Positions 37,641 to 50,374 are shown, numbered from the whole stretch's first letter. The stretch: 63,949 bases of DNA, filler included, from Vicugna vicugna (GCA_013265495.1; 79 parts of 76 records of this genome joined end to end with filler, not necessarily neighbours in it); one strand, 5' to 3'. The notes: a model not told the origin generated them from the letters alone. Program-made: numbers and translations.

Positions 37641-38459
37641 ATAGAATACAGAAATAGAATGTAGAATATAGAATGTAGAACACTGGATAGAGAATATAGA
37701 ATACAGAATACAGAATCCAAAATTTAGAACATGGAATGCATAATATAGAGTATAGAACATAGAATACAGAATAAAGAACACAGAATTTAGAACATGGAAT
37801 GCAGAACACAGAATGTAGAATATGGTATACAGAAAATAAAATGTAGAATACAGAATATAGAACATAGAATATTGAATATAGAATACAGAATACAGAACCC
37901 AGAATTTATAACACGGAATGAAGAACACAGAATAAAGAATGTAGAATACAGAGATAGAATGTGGAATATTGTATGTAGAACACAGAATAAAGAATATAGA
38001 AAAAAATATAGAATATTCAATATAAAACTATAGAATGTAGAACACAGAATATAGAATATAGAATACTGAACCCAGCACCCAGAATTTTGAACATGCAATG
38101 CAGAACACAGAATACAGAATATAGAATACAGAAATAAAATGTGGAATAAAGAATATAGAACACAGAATATAGAATATAAAATACAGAATATAGAATACAG
38201 AATACAGAACCCAGAATTTATAACACGGAATGAAGAACACAGAATAAAGAATGTAGAATACAGAGATAGAATGTGGAATATTGTATGTAGAACACAGAGA
38301 AAAAATATAGAATATTCAATATAAAACTATAGAATGTAGAACACAGAATATAGAATATAGAATACTGAACCCAGCACCCAGAATTTTGAACATGCAATGC
38401 AGAACACAGAATACAGAATATAGAATACAGAAATAAAATGTGGAATAAAGAATATAGAA
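37641..38459 (-). repeat. SatE with a near-perfect ~300-310-bp higher-order duplication
   Basis: CCCAGAATTTATAACACGG at 37898 and 38210; CCCAGCACCCAG at 38071 and 38370. Confidence 0.93.
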
Positions 38460-38559
38460 NNNNNNNNNNNNNNNNNNNNNNNNNNNNNNNNNNNNNNNNN
38501 NNNTTAATTAATTAANNNNNNNNNNNNNNNNNNNNNNNNNNNNNNNNNNNNNNNNNNNN

Positions 38560-39054
38560 GCTGTCAGTTGGAGGAACTTCCCTGCACTCAGAATTCCGGA
38601 ACACTTTCTTAGGAGTGGGAGAGATGTGCAGCCCCACTCCACCAAGATGAATGGAGGAAAAGGTGTTCCGTTTAGGGAGAAGTCCTCAAAGTACTTCCAC
38701 AGTGGATCAGGGGGCACTCACTGCTACTTGGCCTCCAAGCACAACCCCCAGATTTCCCTCATGGCGTGGCCTAAAGTAACACTCAGGGAACATAAGCTAA
38801 GGTATACTAATAGAACCCAGGTGCTGCTGTCAGTTTGAGGAACCTCCCCACACTCAGAATATCAGAAAAATTTCGCGTGTGTGCTGAATGTAGGGAAAGA
38901 GTTAATACATCTTTCAGGGGGCACATTTAATCCATGGTTGTGGGTTGTAGGTTAAAAACCCCCATCCCATGGATAGGCTCTCGCTAATAATTGGTTTAGA
39001 ACCCAACCCCCACTTTCCCCCACTCTCCAGCCTAGGCATGCCATCAGGGAAGAC
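38560..39054 (+). repeat. SatB
   Basis: CTGTCAGTT.GAGGAAC at 38561 and ~38827. Confidence 0.9.
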
Positions 39055-39774
39055 NNNNNNNNNNNNNNNNNNNNNNNNNNNNNNNNNNNNNNNNNNNNTT
39101 AATTAATTAANNNNNNNNNNNNNNNNNNNNNNNNNNNNNNNNNNNNNNNNNNNNTGCACCAAAACTATACCCATCCTCAAAAATACATAGGAAGGGAAAA
39201 GAAAACTTATCAAAGATAGCGAGTATTTTCATGCTATTTAAATATGTCTAAAGGAACATAATGAAATGAATTTCACCATATCTCACCTGCCTCCACCCCC
39301 CCAATTCCATGTGGGTTTCTTGAGTAGGATTCTGGGAGCAAATGAAGAAGGATATTGATGCCGTGATCCAGGCTCCCTCTGGGGTCTCCCCAGCACTTGG
39401 ATCGGCACCTGGTATAAAGTAGGTCTCAATCCGAGCCAGCTGAGTGAGTGAATGACTCACAGGCATCGAATGCGTAACATCAGTGAATTAACAGCATTCT
39501 TTGTAGGACTCAGACAATAAGCTGAGTGCCCTCTGGCCTTCTCAGCCTCACATACTATTTTGAATATGGGGTCATTTCTGGGAAAGTTATTCTGTATTGA
39601 CAAAAGGCTAGTACAATTCCAGGGTTAAGTAACTCGCCCTATGGAAATTTTATGATAAAATATTAAGAAAAAAANNNNNNNNNNNNNNNNNNNNNNNNNN
39701 NNNNNNNNNNNNNNNNNNTTAATTAATTAANNNNNNNNNNNNNNNNNNNNNNNNNNNNNNNNNNNNNNNNNNNN

Positions 39775-40141
39775 GAAGGAAAGGAACACGTCTCGCCGTG
39801 CAGAGCTGGGAGATTTCCCTTCTGGGCTGCTCTGGGTGCATTCATCTCAGCTAAACAAGCTCTGCTGTTGCAGCAAGTTAGGAAGGCAGGGCGCGTGTGG
39901 GTAGGTAGACAGGGCCTTATTGATCGTACTCATTCCCCATTAAGCGGCAGCATTCACGGGCACTTACCTAGTAAACATCGGCCATAATCATCACGCACTT
40001 TGCTTGGTAGTTTTATTGACCCCAGCTTTGAGATGAGGTCATTGAACAGAACCTGGGGGCTGCATGCCCGTGATTATCTTGCAAATACCCCAACTTTTCT
40101 TTCAATCTAGACTGGTGTGGCTGTCATGCCCCAGCCCTGTG
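39775..40141 (+). repeat. Multicopy segment, copy 2 (paralog of 2731-3099)
   Basis: Direct colinear similarity. Confidence 0.9.
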
Positions 40142-40812
40142 NNNNNNNNNNNNNNNNNNNNNNNNNNNNNNNNNNNNNNNNNNNNTTAATTAATTAANNN
40201 NNNNNNNNNNNNNNNNNNNNNNNNNNNNNNNNNNNNNNNNNTTGGGAAGCCTTCTCAGAGGGGTTAAGGAATTGGTCTGCTTAGCGATTGGTAAATTCTG
40301 TAGCAGGATTCAAGCAGGACCTTGTCAGACTTCAAGGTCATGTTCTCTCTACTGTTTCCAGTACTTCCCTCTTATACTTGGAATGGTGAAGTGGGTCAGA
40401 TTAGGAGCCTTTCAGAAAAAGTATGATTTAAGTGCCTCAGGACTGTTTCACAAAGCTCAGCGTTCTTTGATGGTTCTGAAGCATGCAGTGCTTTTCGCCC
40501 CAAATTGTCGATTATGTGGTTGCAAATGATGTATAGGTTCAAAACCACACTTCGCAGCTTTTACAGGGAACTCTCCAATTCTCCCTTGGTCGGCTTTCTT
40601 CCACGTGATGTAACCGTGCTGCAGCGTAGGCCTGAGCTTTCCATATGGAGTGAGGGTTTAATATCAAATGTTAGCATAAAACGGTCTGATGAAGAAACCC
40701 GACTTGACAATTNNNNNNNNNNNNNNNNNNNNNNNNNNNNNNNNNNNNNNNNNNNNTTAATTAATTAANNNNNNNNNNNNNNNNNNNNNNNNNNNNNNNN
40801 NNNNNNNNNNNN

Positions 40813-41478
40813 GCTTAGGCATTCCGTTAGAACCCACGCGCTGCCGACCGTTGGTTTGACCTCCCCACGCTCAGCGTTCTGGAAACATTGTCAGTGCGTG
40901 GCGGAGCTCGAGAGCAAACTCCACGCAGCTCTCTTCAGTCACAAGTGTTCCCTGTTCGAGGAAGTCCGAGAAATACCTTCCCTGACCTTGGGGAGGCAGC
41001 CTCTGTCACTGGGAATTCCTGCAAAACCACCTAGCATTCCCTGGCACAGAGACATTAGGAAAGCCCTCAGGGGAGACCAGCTCAGAACCAGCTCAGCCAT
41101 TCCGTTGAAACCCTCGCGCTGCCGACCGTTGGTTGAACCTCGCCATGCTCAGGGTTCCGGAAACAATGTCAGTGGGTGGGGGAGCTCGAGAGAAAACTCC
41201 ACGCAGCTCTCTTCAGTCACAGGTGTTCCCTGTCCGGGGAAGTCCGAGAAATACCTTCCCTGACCTTGGGGAGGCAGCCTCTGTCACTGGGAATTCCTGC
41301 AAAACCACCTAGCATTCCCTGGCACAGAGATATTAAAAAAAACCCTCAGGGGGACCAGCTCAGCCATTTCGTATTAACCCACGCGCTGCCGACCGTTGGT
41401 TGAACCTCGCCATGCTCAGGGTTCCGGAAACAATGTCAGTGGGTGGGGGAGCTCGAGAGAAAAATCCACGCAGCTCTC
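40813..41478 (+). repeat. SatA
   Basis: About 2.5 monomers sharing array-specific variants (GGGAATTCCTGCAAAACCACC, CCAGCTCAGCC). Confidence 0.95.
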
Positions 41479-41578
41479 NNNNNNNNNNNNNNNNNNNNNN
41501 NNNNNNNNNNNNNNNNNNNNNNTTAATTAATTAANNNNNNNNNNNNNNNNNNNNNNNNNNNNNNNNNNNNNNNNNNNN

Positions 41579-42089
41579 AAACACCTCCTCAAACCATAGA
41601 GAGTTCATCGAAATACTTGGTTTAGGAGCCGAAAACACAATTTCCCCCGCATTCCCGCCTAGGCTTTCCATCAGGGAAGACAAGCAAAGGGATTCAATTA
41701 GAACCCAGGCGCTGCTGTCAGTTGGAGGAACTTCCCTGCACTCAGAATTCCAGAACACATTCTTAGGTGTGGGAGAGATGTGCAGCCCCACTGCACCCAG
41801 ATGAATGGAGGAAAAGGTGTTCCGTTTAGNNNNNNNNNNNNNNNNNNNNNNNNNNNNNNNNNNNNNNNNNNNNNNNNNNNNNNNNNNNNNNNNNNNNNNN
41901 NNNNNNNNNNNNNNNNNNNNNNNNNNNNNNNNNNNNNNNNNNNNNNNNNNNNNNNNNNNNNNNNNNNNNNNNNNNNNNNNNNNNNNNNNNNNNNNNNNNN
42001 NNNNNNNNNNNNNNNNNNNNNNNCCACACTCAGAACACCAGAAAAATTCTTCGCGTGTGTGCTGGATGTAGGGAAATAGTCAAAACATA
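41579..42089 (+). repeat. SatB
   Basis: 41715-41829 and 42024-42089 closely match the two monomers at 38560-38910. Confidence 0.9.
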
Positions 42090-42980
42090 NNNNNNNNNNN
42101 NNNNNNNNNNNNNNNNNNNNNNNNNNNNNNNNNTTAATTAATTAANNNNNNNNNNNNNNNNNNNNNNNNNNNNNNNNNNNNNNNNNNNNTTTTTTTTTAG
42201 CAGTAGAAATATCTCACACCTATAATGTGTACGCAGGCTAATAATTAGACAAAAGCTAGAGATCTCATAGCTTCACTTTAAAACTTACTTATAAGATAGG
42301 TATAATAATAGTTGGAGTAAGCTGAATTTGCTTGCTCAAATCACTAAGGCTTACTATTTATGAAGCAGAGTTAAGATTTCTTCACAANNNNNNNNNNNNN
42401 NNNNNNNNNNNNNNNNNNNNNNNNNNNNNNNNNNNNNNNNNNNNNNNNNNNNNNNNNNNNNNNNTCTATTCCAGCAGAGAACTGCTCTGTCACCCAGACC
42501 CAATTTTATCTCCTTAATTGGCATTTTTGTGTCAGTGAGAAGAGCTGTAAACAAAGAATTCCATGTTATAAAACTTTAAGGTTTGGTTTACNNNNNNNNN
42601 NNNNNNNNNNNNNNNNNNNNNNNNNNNNNNNNNNNNNNNNNNNNNNNNNNNNNNNNNNNNNNNNNNNNNNNNNNNNNNNNNNNNNNNNNNNNNNNNNNNN
42701 NNNNNNNNNNNNNNNNNNNNNNNNNNNNNNNNNNNNNNNNNNNNNNNNNNNNNNTCAATATTGGTTTAATTAGTTCAATTAATATTTTCAGAGGGACAGA
42801 TAAGTGCCCAGCCTTATAATATCAAGAAGGGGAAGCATTTTTCCACTGAAACATATCTATCCCACAATATAAGCTAAGCANNNNNNNNNNNNNNNNNNNN
42901 NNNNNNNNNNNNNNNNNNNNNNNNTTAATTAATTAANNNNNNNNNNNNNNNNNNNNNNNNNNNNNNNNNNNNNNNNNNNN

Positions 42981-43783
42981 GACACTCTAGGCATGACTCC
43001 CAGGTAGACAGGCACACAGAGACACCCTAGGATGCAGCTCCATGTAGATAGGCACACAGAGACACTCTAGGCTGCACTCCCAGGTAGAGAGGCACACAGA
43101 GACACTCTAGGATGCACTCCCAGGTAGACAGGCACACAGANNNNNNNNNNNNNNNNNNNNNNNNNNNNNNNNNNNNNNNNNNNNNNNNNNNNNNNNNNNN
43201 NNNNNNNNNNNNNNNNNNNNNNNNNNNNNNNNNNNNNNNNNNNNNNNNNNNNNNNNNNNNNNNNNNNNNNNNNNNNNNNNNNNNNNNNNNNNNNNNNNNN
43301 NNNNNNNNNNNNNNNNNNNNNNNNNNNNNNNNNNNNNNNNNNNNNNNNNNNNNNNNNNNNNNNNNNNNNNNNNNNNNNNNNNNNNNNNNNNNNNNNNNNN
43401 NNNNNNNNNNNNNNNNNNNNNNNNNNNNNNNNNNNNNNNNNNNNNNCAGGTACACAGGCACTCAGAGACACTCTAGGCTGCACTTCCAGGTAGACAGGCA
43501 CACAGAGACATTTTAGGATGCACTCCCAGGTGGACAAGCAGAGAGAGAAGCACACAGAGACTCTCTAGGCTGCTCTCCCAGGTAGACAGGCCGACAGAGA
43601 CAGCCTAGGCTGCTCTCCCAGTTAGAAAGGCACAGAGACATTTAGGCAGCACTCCCAGGTAGACAGGCACACAGACACACTGTAGGCTGCATTCCCAGGT
43701 AGACAGGCAGGGAGACAAGCACACAGAGACACTCTAGTCTGCACTCCCAGGTACACAGGCACAGAGAGACAGTCTAGGCGGCA
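42981..43783 (+). repeat. 40-bp minisatellite (GACACTCTAGGCTGCACTCCCAGGTAGACAGGCACACAGA)n
   Basis: Units start at 42981, 43021, 43061 and 43101; the array continues after the gap with occasional longer variant units. Confidence 0.95.
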
Positions 43784-44403
43784 NNNNNNNNNNNNNNNNN
43801 NNNNNNNNNNNNNNNNNNNNNNNNNNNTTAATTAATTAANNNNNNNNNNNNNNNNNNNNNNNNNNNNNNNNNNNNNNNNNNNNAGTAATGTGTTGTTGAA
43901 TGACTTTTATATCACTTACAATCTGCTTTTGATGACTTTACTATTTCTTGTCTATGTCTTAAGATTGCTTTCTCTCTCCCATTCAGGGAGTGTATTGATT
44001 CTAATTAGAGTAATTAAAACTTACTTGGGGCATGATGTTTGAGCTTTGTATCAGACAGGATTATAAACTAAAGCCCCCAGCTAGTTGATAAAGTATTTGC
44101 TTGAAGAGTTAGCATACACACAGCACAGAATTCAAAAGTTGAGGAAGGATTCCCAGTGCAAGAGTGTCTCCTTCCCACTTATGTGTTGCCTTCCAGATCC
44201 CCTTGCTGGAGGAAACCAACTTTACTGGTGCTTAACCAGCAATACTTATGTGCAGGCCCATGGATTATACATAAACTTGTTTCATAAAATGGTAACAAAA
44301 TAGNNNNNNNNNNNNNNNNNNNNNNNNNNNNNNNNNNNNNNNNNNNNTTAATTAATTAANNNNNNNNNNNNNNNNNNNNNNNNNNNNNNNNNNNNNNNNN
44401 NNN

Positions 44404-44630
44404 GCGCGTGGGTTCTAACGGAAAGCCTAAGCTCATCTCCCCTGAGGTATTTCCTAATATCTCTGTGCCAGGGAACGCTAGGTGGGTTTGTAGGATATCC
44501 CAGTGTCAAAGGCTGCCTCCCCAAGTTCAGGGAAGGTATTTCTCGGACTTCCCCGAACAAGGAACACCTGTGACTGAAGAGAGCTCTGTGGAGTTGTCTC
44601 TCGAGCTCCCCCACGCACTGACAATGGTTC
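44404..44630 (-). repeat. SatA
   Basis: SatA consensus. Confidence 0.95.
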
Positions 44631-44730
44631 NNNNNNNNNNNNNNNNNNNNNNNNNNNNNNNNNNNNNNNNNNNNTTAATTAATTAANNNNNNNNNNNNNN
44701 NNNNNNNNNNNNNNNNNNNNNNNNNNNNNN

Positions 44731-45218
44731 GGAGGTTCCACCAACGGTCGGCAGCGCTTTGGTTCTAACGGAATGCCTAAGCTCGTCTCCCCTGAGGGTT
44801 TTCCTAATGTGTCTGTGCCAGGGAATGCTACGGGGGTTTGCAGGTTATCCCAGTGTCAGAGGCTGACTCCCCAAAGTAAGGGAAGGTATTTCTCGGACTT
44901 CCCCGAACAGGGAACACCTGTGACTGGAGAGAGCTGCGTGGAATGGTCTCTCGCGCACCCCCACGCACTGACAATGGTTCCAGAATCCTGCGCGTGGGGA
45001 GGTTCCACCAACGGTCGGCAGCGCGTGGGTTCTAACGGAAAGCCTAAGCTCGTCTCCCCTGATGGTTTTCCTAATGTCTCTGTGCCTGGGAATGCTAGGG
45101 GGGTTTGCAGGATATCCCAGTGACAAAGGCTGCCAACCCAATGTCAGGGAATTTTTTACTCGGACTTCCTCGTACAGGGAACAATTGTGACTGAAGAGAG
45201 CTTCGTGGAGTTGTCTCT
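44731..45218 (-). repeat. SatA
   Basis: GGAGGTTCCACCAACGGTCGGCAGCG at 44731 and 44998 (period 267). Confidence 0.95.
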
Positions 45219-45318
45219 NNNNNNNNNNNNNNNNNNNNNNNNNNNNNNNNNNNNNNNNNNNNTTAATTAATTAANNNNNNNNNNNNNNNNNNNNNNNNNN
45301 NNNNNNNNNNNNNNNNNN

Positions 45319-46162
45319 TGTATTCTACATTCTATATTCTAAATTTTATATTAAGTATTCGGTTTTATATACTCTAAATTCTGTGTTCTGCATTCCATGA
45401 TCTAAACTCTGCGTTCTTTATTCTGTTTTCCATATTCTATATTTTGTGTTCTAAATTCTATATTCTGAATACAATATTCTGCATTACGAATTCAACATAC
45501 AAATTCTGTGTTCTACATTCTATATTCTAAATTCGATATTTAGTATCCTGTATTCTATATTCTAAATTCTGTGTTCTGCATTCCATGTTCTAAATTCTGG
45601 GTTCTATATTCTCTATTCCATATTCTATATTTCGTGTTCATCATTCTATATTCTATATTCTATATTCTGCATTCCACTATATTCTATGCGTTCTGCATTG
45701 TATATTCTAAATTCTATATTCAGTATTCTGTATTCTATAATCTAAATTCTGTGTTCTGCATTCGATGTTCTATATTCAGGTTTCTATATTCTCTATTCTA
45801 TTTTCTATATTCTGTGTTCTATATTCTATATTCTAAATTCAATATTCAGTATAATATATTCTATGTTCTAATTCTCTGTTCTACACTCTGTATTCTAAAT
45901 CCTATATTCAGTATTCTGTATTCTCTATTCTTAATTCTCTGTTGTGCATTTCATGTTTTCAATTCTGGGTTTTGTATTCTGTTTTCCATATTCTATATTC
46001 TGTGTTCTATATTCTATGTTCTGTATTGTATATTCTGCATTCCGTATTCTATATTCTATATTCTGTGTTCTACATTCTATATTCTAAATTGTGTATTCAG
46101 TATTCCGTATTCTGTTTTCTATACTCTGTGTTCTATATTCTATATTCTAAATTTATATTCAN
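45319..46162 (+). repeat. SatE
   Basis: Degenerate (ATTCTAT)n. Confidence 0.93.
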
Positions 46163-46261
46163 NNNNNNNNNNNNNNNNNNNNNNNNNNNNNNNNNNNNNN
46201 NNNNNTTAATTAATTAANNNNNNNNNNNNNNNNNNNNNNNNNNNNNNNNNNNNNNNNNNNN

Positions 46262-47099
46262 GAATCACTGAAGAACAACAGTGTCTCAGAATCACAAAAG
46301 GCAGACAACCAGAAAAGGGGAAGAGAAAGCCTAAAAACGAGACAAATAATATCAGAAAACTCAGTGGATGGGAAAAATATCAGGGCTAACATTCCGTCCT
46401 AAGCAGACGAGATATTGCAGAGGGACGCGTGAATGACTTTGANNNNNNNNNNNNNNNNNNNNNNNNNNNNNNNNNNNNNNNNNNNNNNNNNAAAGCAAGT
46501 GCAAACCAATGAAAACATTGCTGTTGAATCCTGGTTGAAGACAAGGCATGAAAGACTAAAATTCGAAAGAGTCCCAGATGGAAAAGCAAGAGATAAAGAA
46601 ACAAACAATGTTTGAAAAATTATGTGTAGAAAAATCAGACTGAAACTTCCTGAAAGCCAAGGTAGAATCATCTAGGCGAATTCAGGAAGTACACAACGTC
46701 CAAAAGAGGTGGAATCCCAATAGTCTTAGCAGCAGCCGTATGATCCAAATCAACAAAGTTCATGACCATCCCAGTGATTTAAAATGCGCCTGGAGGAAAG
46801 CAACATAGTCACAATAGAACCTTCAGAGGGGTTTCAGCTGCTATTTCAGCAGCAATATTGCAGGACAGGGAGGAGTGCCAGGACATAGACCATAGCTTGA
46901 ATGGCAAAATGCTGCAATCTAGGGTAGCCTATACCACATGACCACCATTTCTAATAACAGCAGAGCTAGAGAATGCCACAGACCTGCAAATCTTAAAAGA
47001 ATTCAGCAGTTCGAAACTTATCCTAAAAGAAAGTTTGAGAATTCTGCCCTGAACGGATAAGCAGCAAGAAGAAATGGAAAGAAGAAAACCCTTATTGGA
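46262..47099 (+). mobile_element. Highly diverged LINE-1 ORF1 relic, multicopy (paralog at 50931-51385)
   Basis: 3' part reads VSAAISAAILQDREECQDI..LNGKMLQSRVAY..LKEFSSSKLILKESL, aligning with the ORF1p C-terminus LSADFSTETLQARREW.DIF..L.GKNLQPRILY..LKEF..TKP.L.E.L. Confidence 0.8.
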
Positions 47100-47199
47100 N
47101 NNNNNNNNNNNNNNNNNNNNNNNNNNNNNNNNNNNNNNNNNNNTTAATTAATTAANNNNNNNNNNNNNNNNNNNNNNNNNNNNNNNNNNNNNNNNNNNN

Positions 47200-48651
47200 A
47201 GCCTCAGTCACTGGGATATCCTGCAAACCCACCTAGCATTCCCTACACAGAGACATTAGGAAAATTCTCAGGGGAGACGAGGTTAGGCATTCCATTAAAA
47301 CTCACTCGCTGCCGACCGTTGGTGGAACTTCCCCACGCTCATGATTCCAGAACCATTGTCAGTGCGTGGGGGAGCTCGAGAGGCAACTCCACGCAGCTCT
47401 CTTCAGTCACAGGTGTTCCCTGTTCGCGGAAGTCCGAGAAATACTTTCCATGTGCTTGGGGAGGCAGCCTCTGACACTAGGATATCCTGCAAACCTCCCT
47501 AGCATTCCCTGGCACAGAGACATTAGGAAAACCCTCAGCGGAGACGAGCTTAGGCTTTCCGTTAGAACCCACGCGCTGCCGAACGTTGGTGGAACCTCCC
47601 CACGCTCAGGATTCCGGAACNNNNNNNNNNNNNNNNNNNNNNNNNNNNNNNNNNNNNNNNNNNNNNNNNNNNNNNNNNNNNNNNNNNNNNNNNNNNNNNN
47701 NNNNNNNNNNNNNNNNNNNNNNNNNNNNNNNNNNNNNNNNNNNNNNNNNNNNNNNNNNNNNNNNNNNNNNNNNNNNNNNNNNNNNNNNNNNNNNNNNNNN
47801 NNNNNNNNNNNNNNNNNNNNNNNNNNNNNNNNNNNNNNNNNNNNNNNNNNNNNNNNNNNNNNNNNNNNNNNNNNNNNNNNNNNNNNNNNNNNNNNNNNNN
47901 NNNNNNNNNNNNNNNNNNNNNNNNNNNNNNNNNNNNNNNNNNNNNNNNNNNNNNNNNNNNNNNNNNNNNNNNNNNNNNNNNNNNNNNNNNNNNNNNNNNN
48001 NNNNNNNNNNNNNNNNNNNNNNNNNNNNNNNNNNNNNNNNNNNNNNNNNNNNNNNNNNNNNNNNNNNNNNNNNNNNNNNNNNNNNNNNNNNNNNNNNNNN
48101 NNNNNNNNNNNNNNNNNNNNNNNNNNNNNNNNNNNNNNNNNNNNNNNNNNNNNNNNNNNNNNNNNNNNNNNNNNNNNNNNNNNNNNNNNNNNNNNNNNNN
48201 NNNNNNNNNNNNNNNNNNNNNNNNNNNNNNNNNNNNNNNNNNNNNNNNNNNNNNNNNNNNNNNNNNNNNNNNNNNNNNNNNNNNNNNNNNNNNNNNNNNN
48301 NNNNNNNNNNNNNNNNNNNNNNNNNNNNNNNNNNNNNNNNNNNNNNNNNNNNNNNNNNNNNNNNNNNNNNNNNNNNNNNNNNNNNNNNNNNNNNNNNNNN
48401 NNNNNNNNNNNNNNNNNNNNNNNNNNNNNNNNNNNNNNNNNNNNNNNNNNNNNTCTTCAGTCACAGGTGTTCCCTGTGCGGGGAAGTCCGAGAAAAACCT
48501 TCCCTGAACTTGGGGAGGCAGCGTCTGTCACTGGGATATCCTGCAAACCCCAGTAGCATTCCCTGGTACAGAGATATTAGAAAAATCCTCAGGGAAGACG
48601 AGCTTCGGCATTCTGTTAAAACCCATGCGATGTCGACCGTGGCTGGAACCT
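47200..48651 (+). repeat. SatA (gapped)
   Basis: SatA consensus on both sides of the gap. Confidence 0.95.
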
Positions 48652-48751
48652 NNNNNNNNNNNNNNNNNNNNNNNNNNNNNNNNNNNNNNNNNNNNTTAAT
48701 TAATTAANNNNNNNNNNNNNNNNNNNNNNNNNNNNNNNNNNNNNNNNNNNN

Positions 48752-49665
48752 CATGCCTGTAGCATGTACGGAAATATGAATATCATGTTGATGTAAACTA
48801 TTCAAATTTTATATCTCTTGGGTAGAATTCGTTCAAGAGGATTTTTCTGGGGTCAAAGTGTCATTCTGGAAACTGGTGAAAGGAAGAAACTACGAAGTCA
48901 AAGTAAATATTTCAAAGCGCATAGGAAACTTGTTTGGTGGTTGAAACATCAGTCATGCGCATGTTCACAACTCAGGAATCCGTGTTTGTCGAATCCGTCA
49001 TGCATGAAATATGTACAGAAACCGGAATGCCATGTTGATGGAATCTATTCAAATTTCATATCACTAGGGTAGATTTCACTCCAAGAAGTTTTTTCTGGGG
49101 TNNNNNNNNNNNNNNNNNNNNNNNNNNNNNNNNNNNNNNNNNNNNNNNNNNNNNNNNNNNNNNNNNNNNNNNNNNNNNNNNNNNNNNNNNNNNNNNNNNN
49201 NNNNNNNNNNNNNNNNNNNNNNNNNNNNNNNNNNNNNNNNNNNNNNNNNNNNNNNNNNNNNNNNNNNNNNNNNNNNNNNNNNNNNNNNNNNNNNNNNNNN
49301 NNNNNNNNNNNNNNNNNNNNNNNNNNNNNNNNNNNNNNNNNNNNNNNNNNNNNNNNNNNNNNNNNNNNNNNNNNNNNNNNNNNNNNNNNNNNNNNNNNNN
49401 NNNNNNNNNNNNNNNNNNNNNNNNNNNNNNNNNNNNNNNNNNNNNNNNNNNNNNNNNNNNNNNNNNNNNNNNNNNNNNNNNNNNNNNNNNAATCCACATG
49501 AAGTCAGGAACAGATGTTTTCCGGATCCGTCATGCATGAAACATGAACGGAACCCGGAATGCCATGTTGATGGAATTCATGTAAATTACATATCTATTAG
49601 GTTGAAATCGCTTCAGAAAAATTTTTCTATGAAAAATGCACGAATTCGAAAATGGTGTTAGGGAA
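48752..49665 (+). repeat. SatC (variant monomer order)
   Basis: SatC motifs; a b-type monomer is followed by another b-type start at ~49030. Confidence 0.9.
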
Positions 49666-49787
49666 NNNNNNNNNNNNNNNNNNNNNNNNNNNNNNNNNNN
49701 NNNNNNNNNTTAATTAATTAANNNNNNNNNNNNNNNNNNNNNNNNNNNNNNNNNNNNNNNNNNNNAAAACCAGATTCACAGATGATG

Positions 49788-50297
49788 TGTGTGTTCTGAC
49801 TGCTCCATTGTCTTGACTGTTACCCCCACTCTCTTTCTTTTCTTGGGCCTCACTATTCCCTGGGACACAATAATATTTAAATTAGATGAGTTGATAAACC
49901 TACAGTGGCCTCTAAGTGTTCAAGTGAAAGAGGAATCAATCAATGTTTCACTATCAATTATTATTTTTTGTTATTTTAAGAAATTGCCAGACATCTCAAC
50001 TTTCAGCAACTGCTAGCCTGATCTGCCAGCAGCGAGGCAAGACACTCTACCAGTAAAAAAATTATGACTCACTGAAGTCTCAGATTATGGCTAACAGATT
50101 TTAAAGTATTTTTAATTAAGATATGTGTATTGCTTTTTAGATATAATACTATTGCAAGCTAAATAGACTACAGTGTAGTATAACATAAATTTTATATGCA
50201 CTTGGAAACCAAAAAAATATGTGGCTCATTATACTGTGATATGTGCTTTATTGTAGTTGTCTGGAATTGAACATGCAATATCTTTGTGATATTCCTG
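49788..50297 (+). mobile_element. Tigger1 internally deleted derivative ending in its 3' TIR plus TA
   Basis: GTGTGTTCTGACTGCTCCA, CCTACAGTGGCCTCTAAGTGTTCAAGTGAAAG, then TATTTTAAGAAATTGCCA, GAGGCAAGAC..TC.ACCAG, TAGACTACAGT, GCAATATCT..GATATTCCTG-TA. Confidence 0.88.
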
Positions 50298-50374
50298 TAT
50301 ACTTTCTTCTATCATGTATCTAATTATGTCCCTATGAATCTAGTTTCATTTCTACCCATATATCACTTAGTTTG

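Noticed and set aside
45571..46209. 212-aa hydrophobic Y/S/I/F/L ORF as a membrane protein
   Set aside because: Translation of the (ATTCTAT)n satellite, whose T-rich strand is poor in stops
47366..48707. Longest ORFs in the track (300-396 aa)
   Set aside because: Composed mostly of X from N gaps
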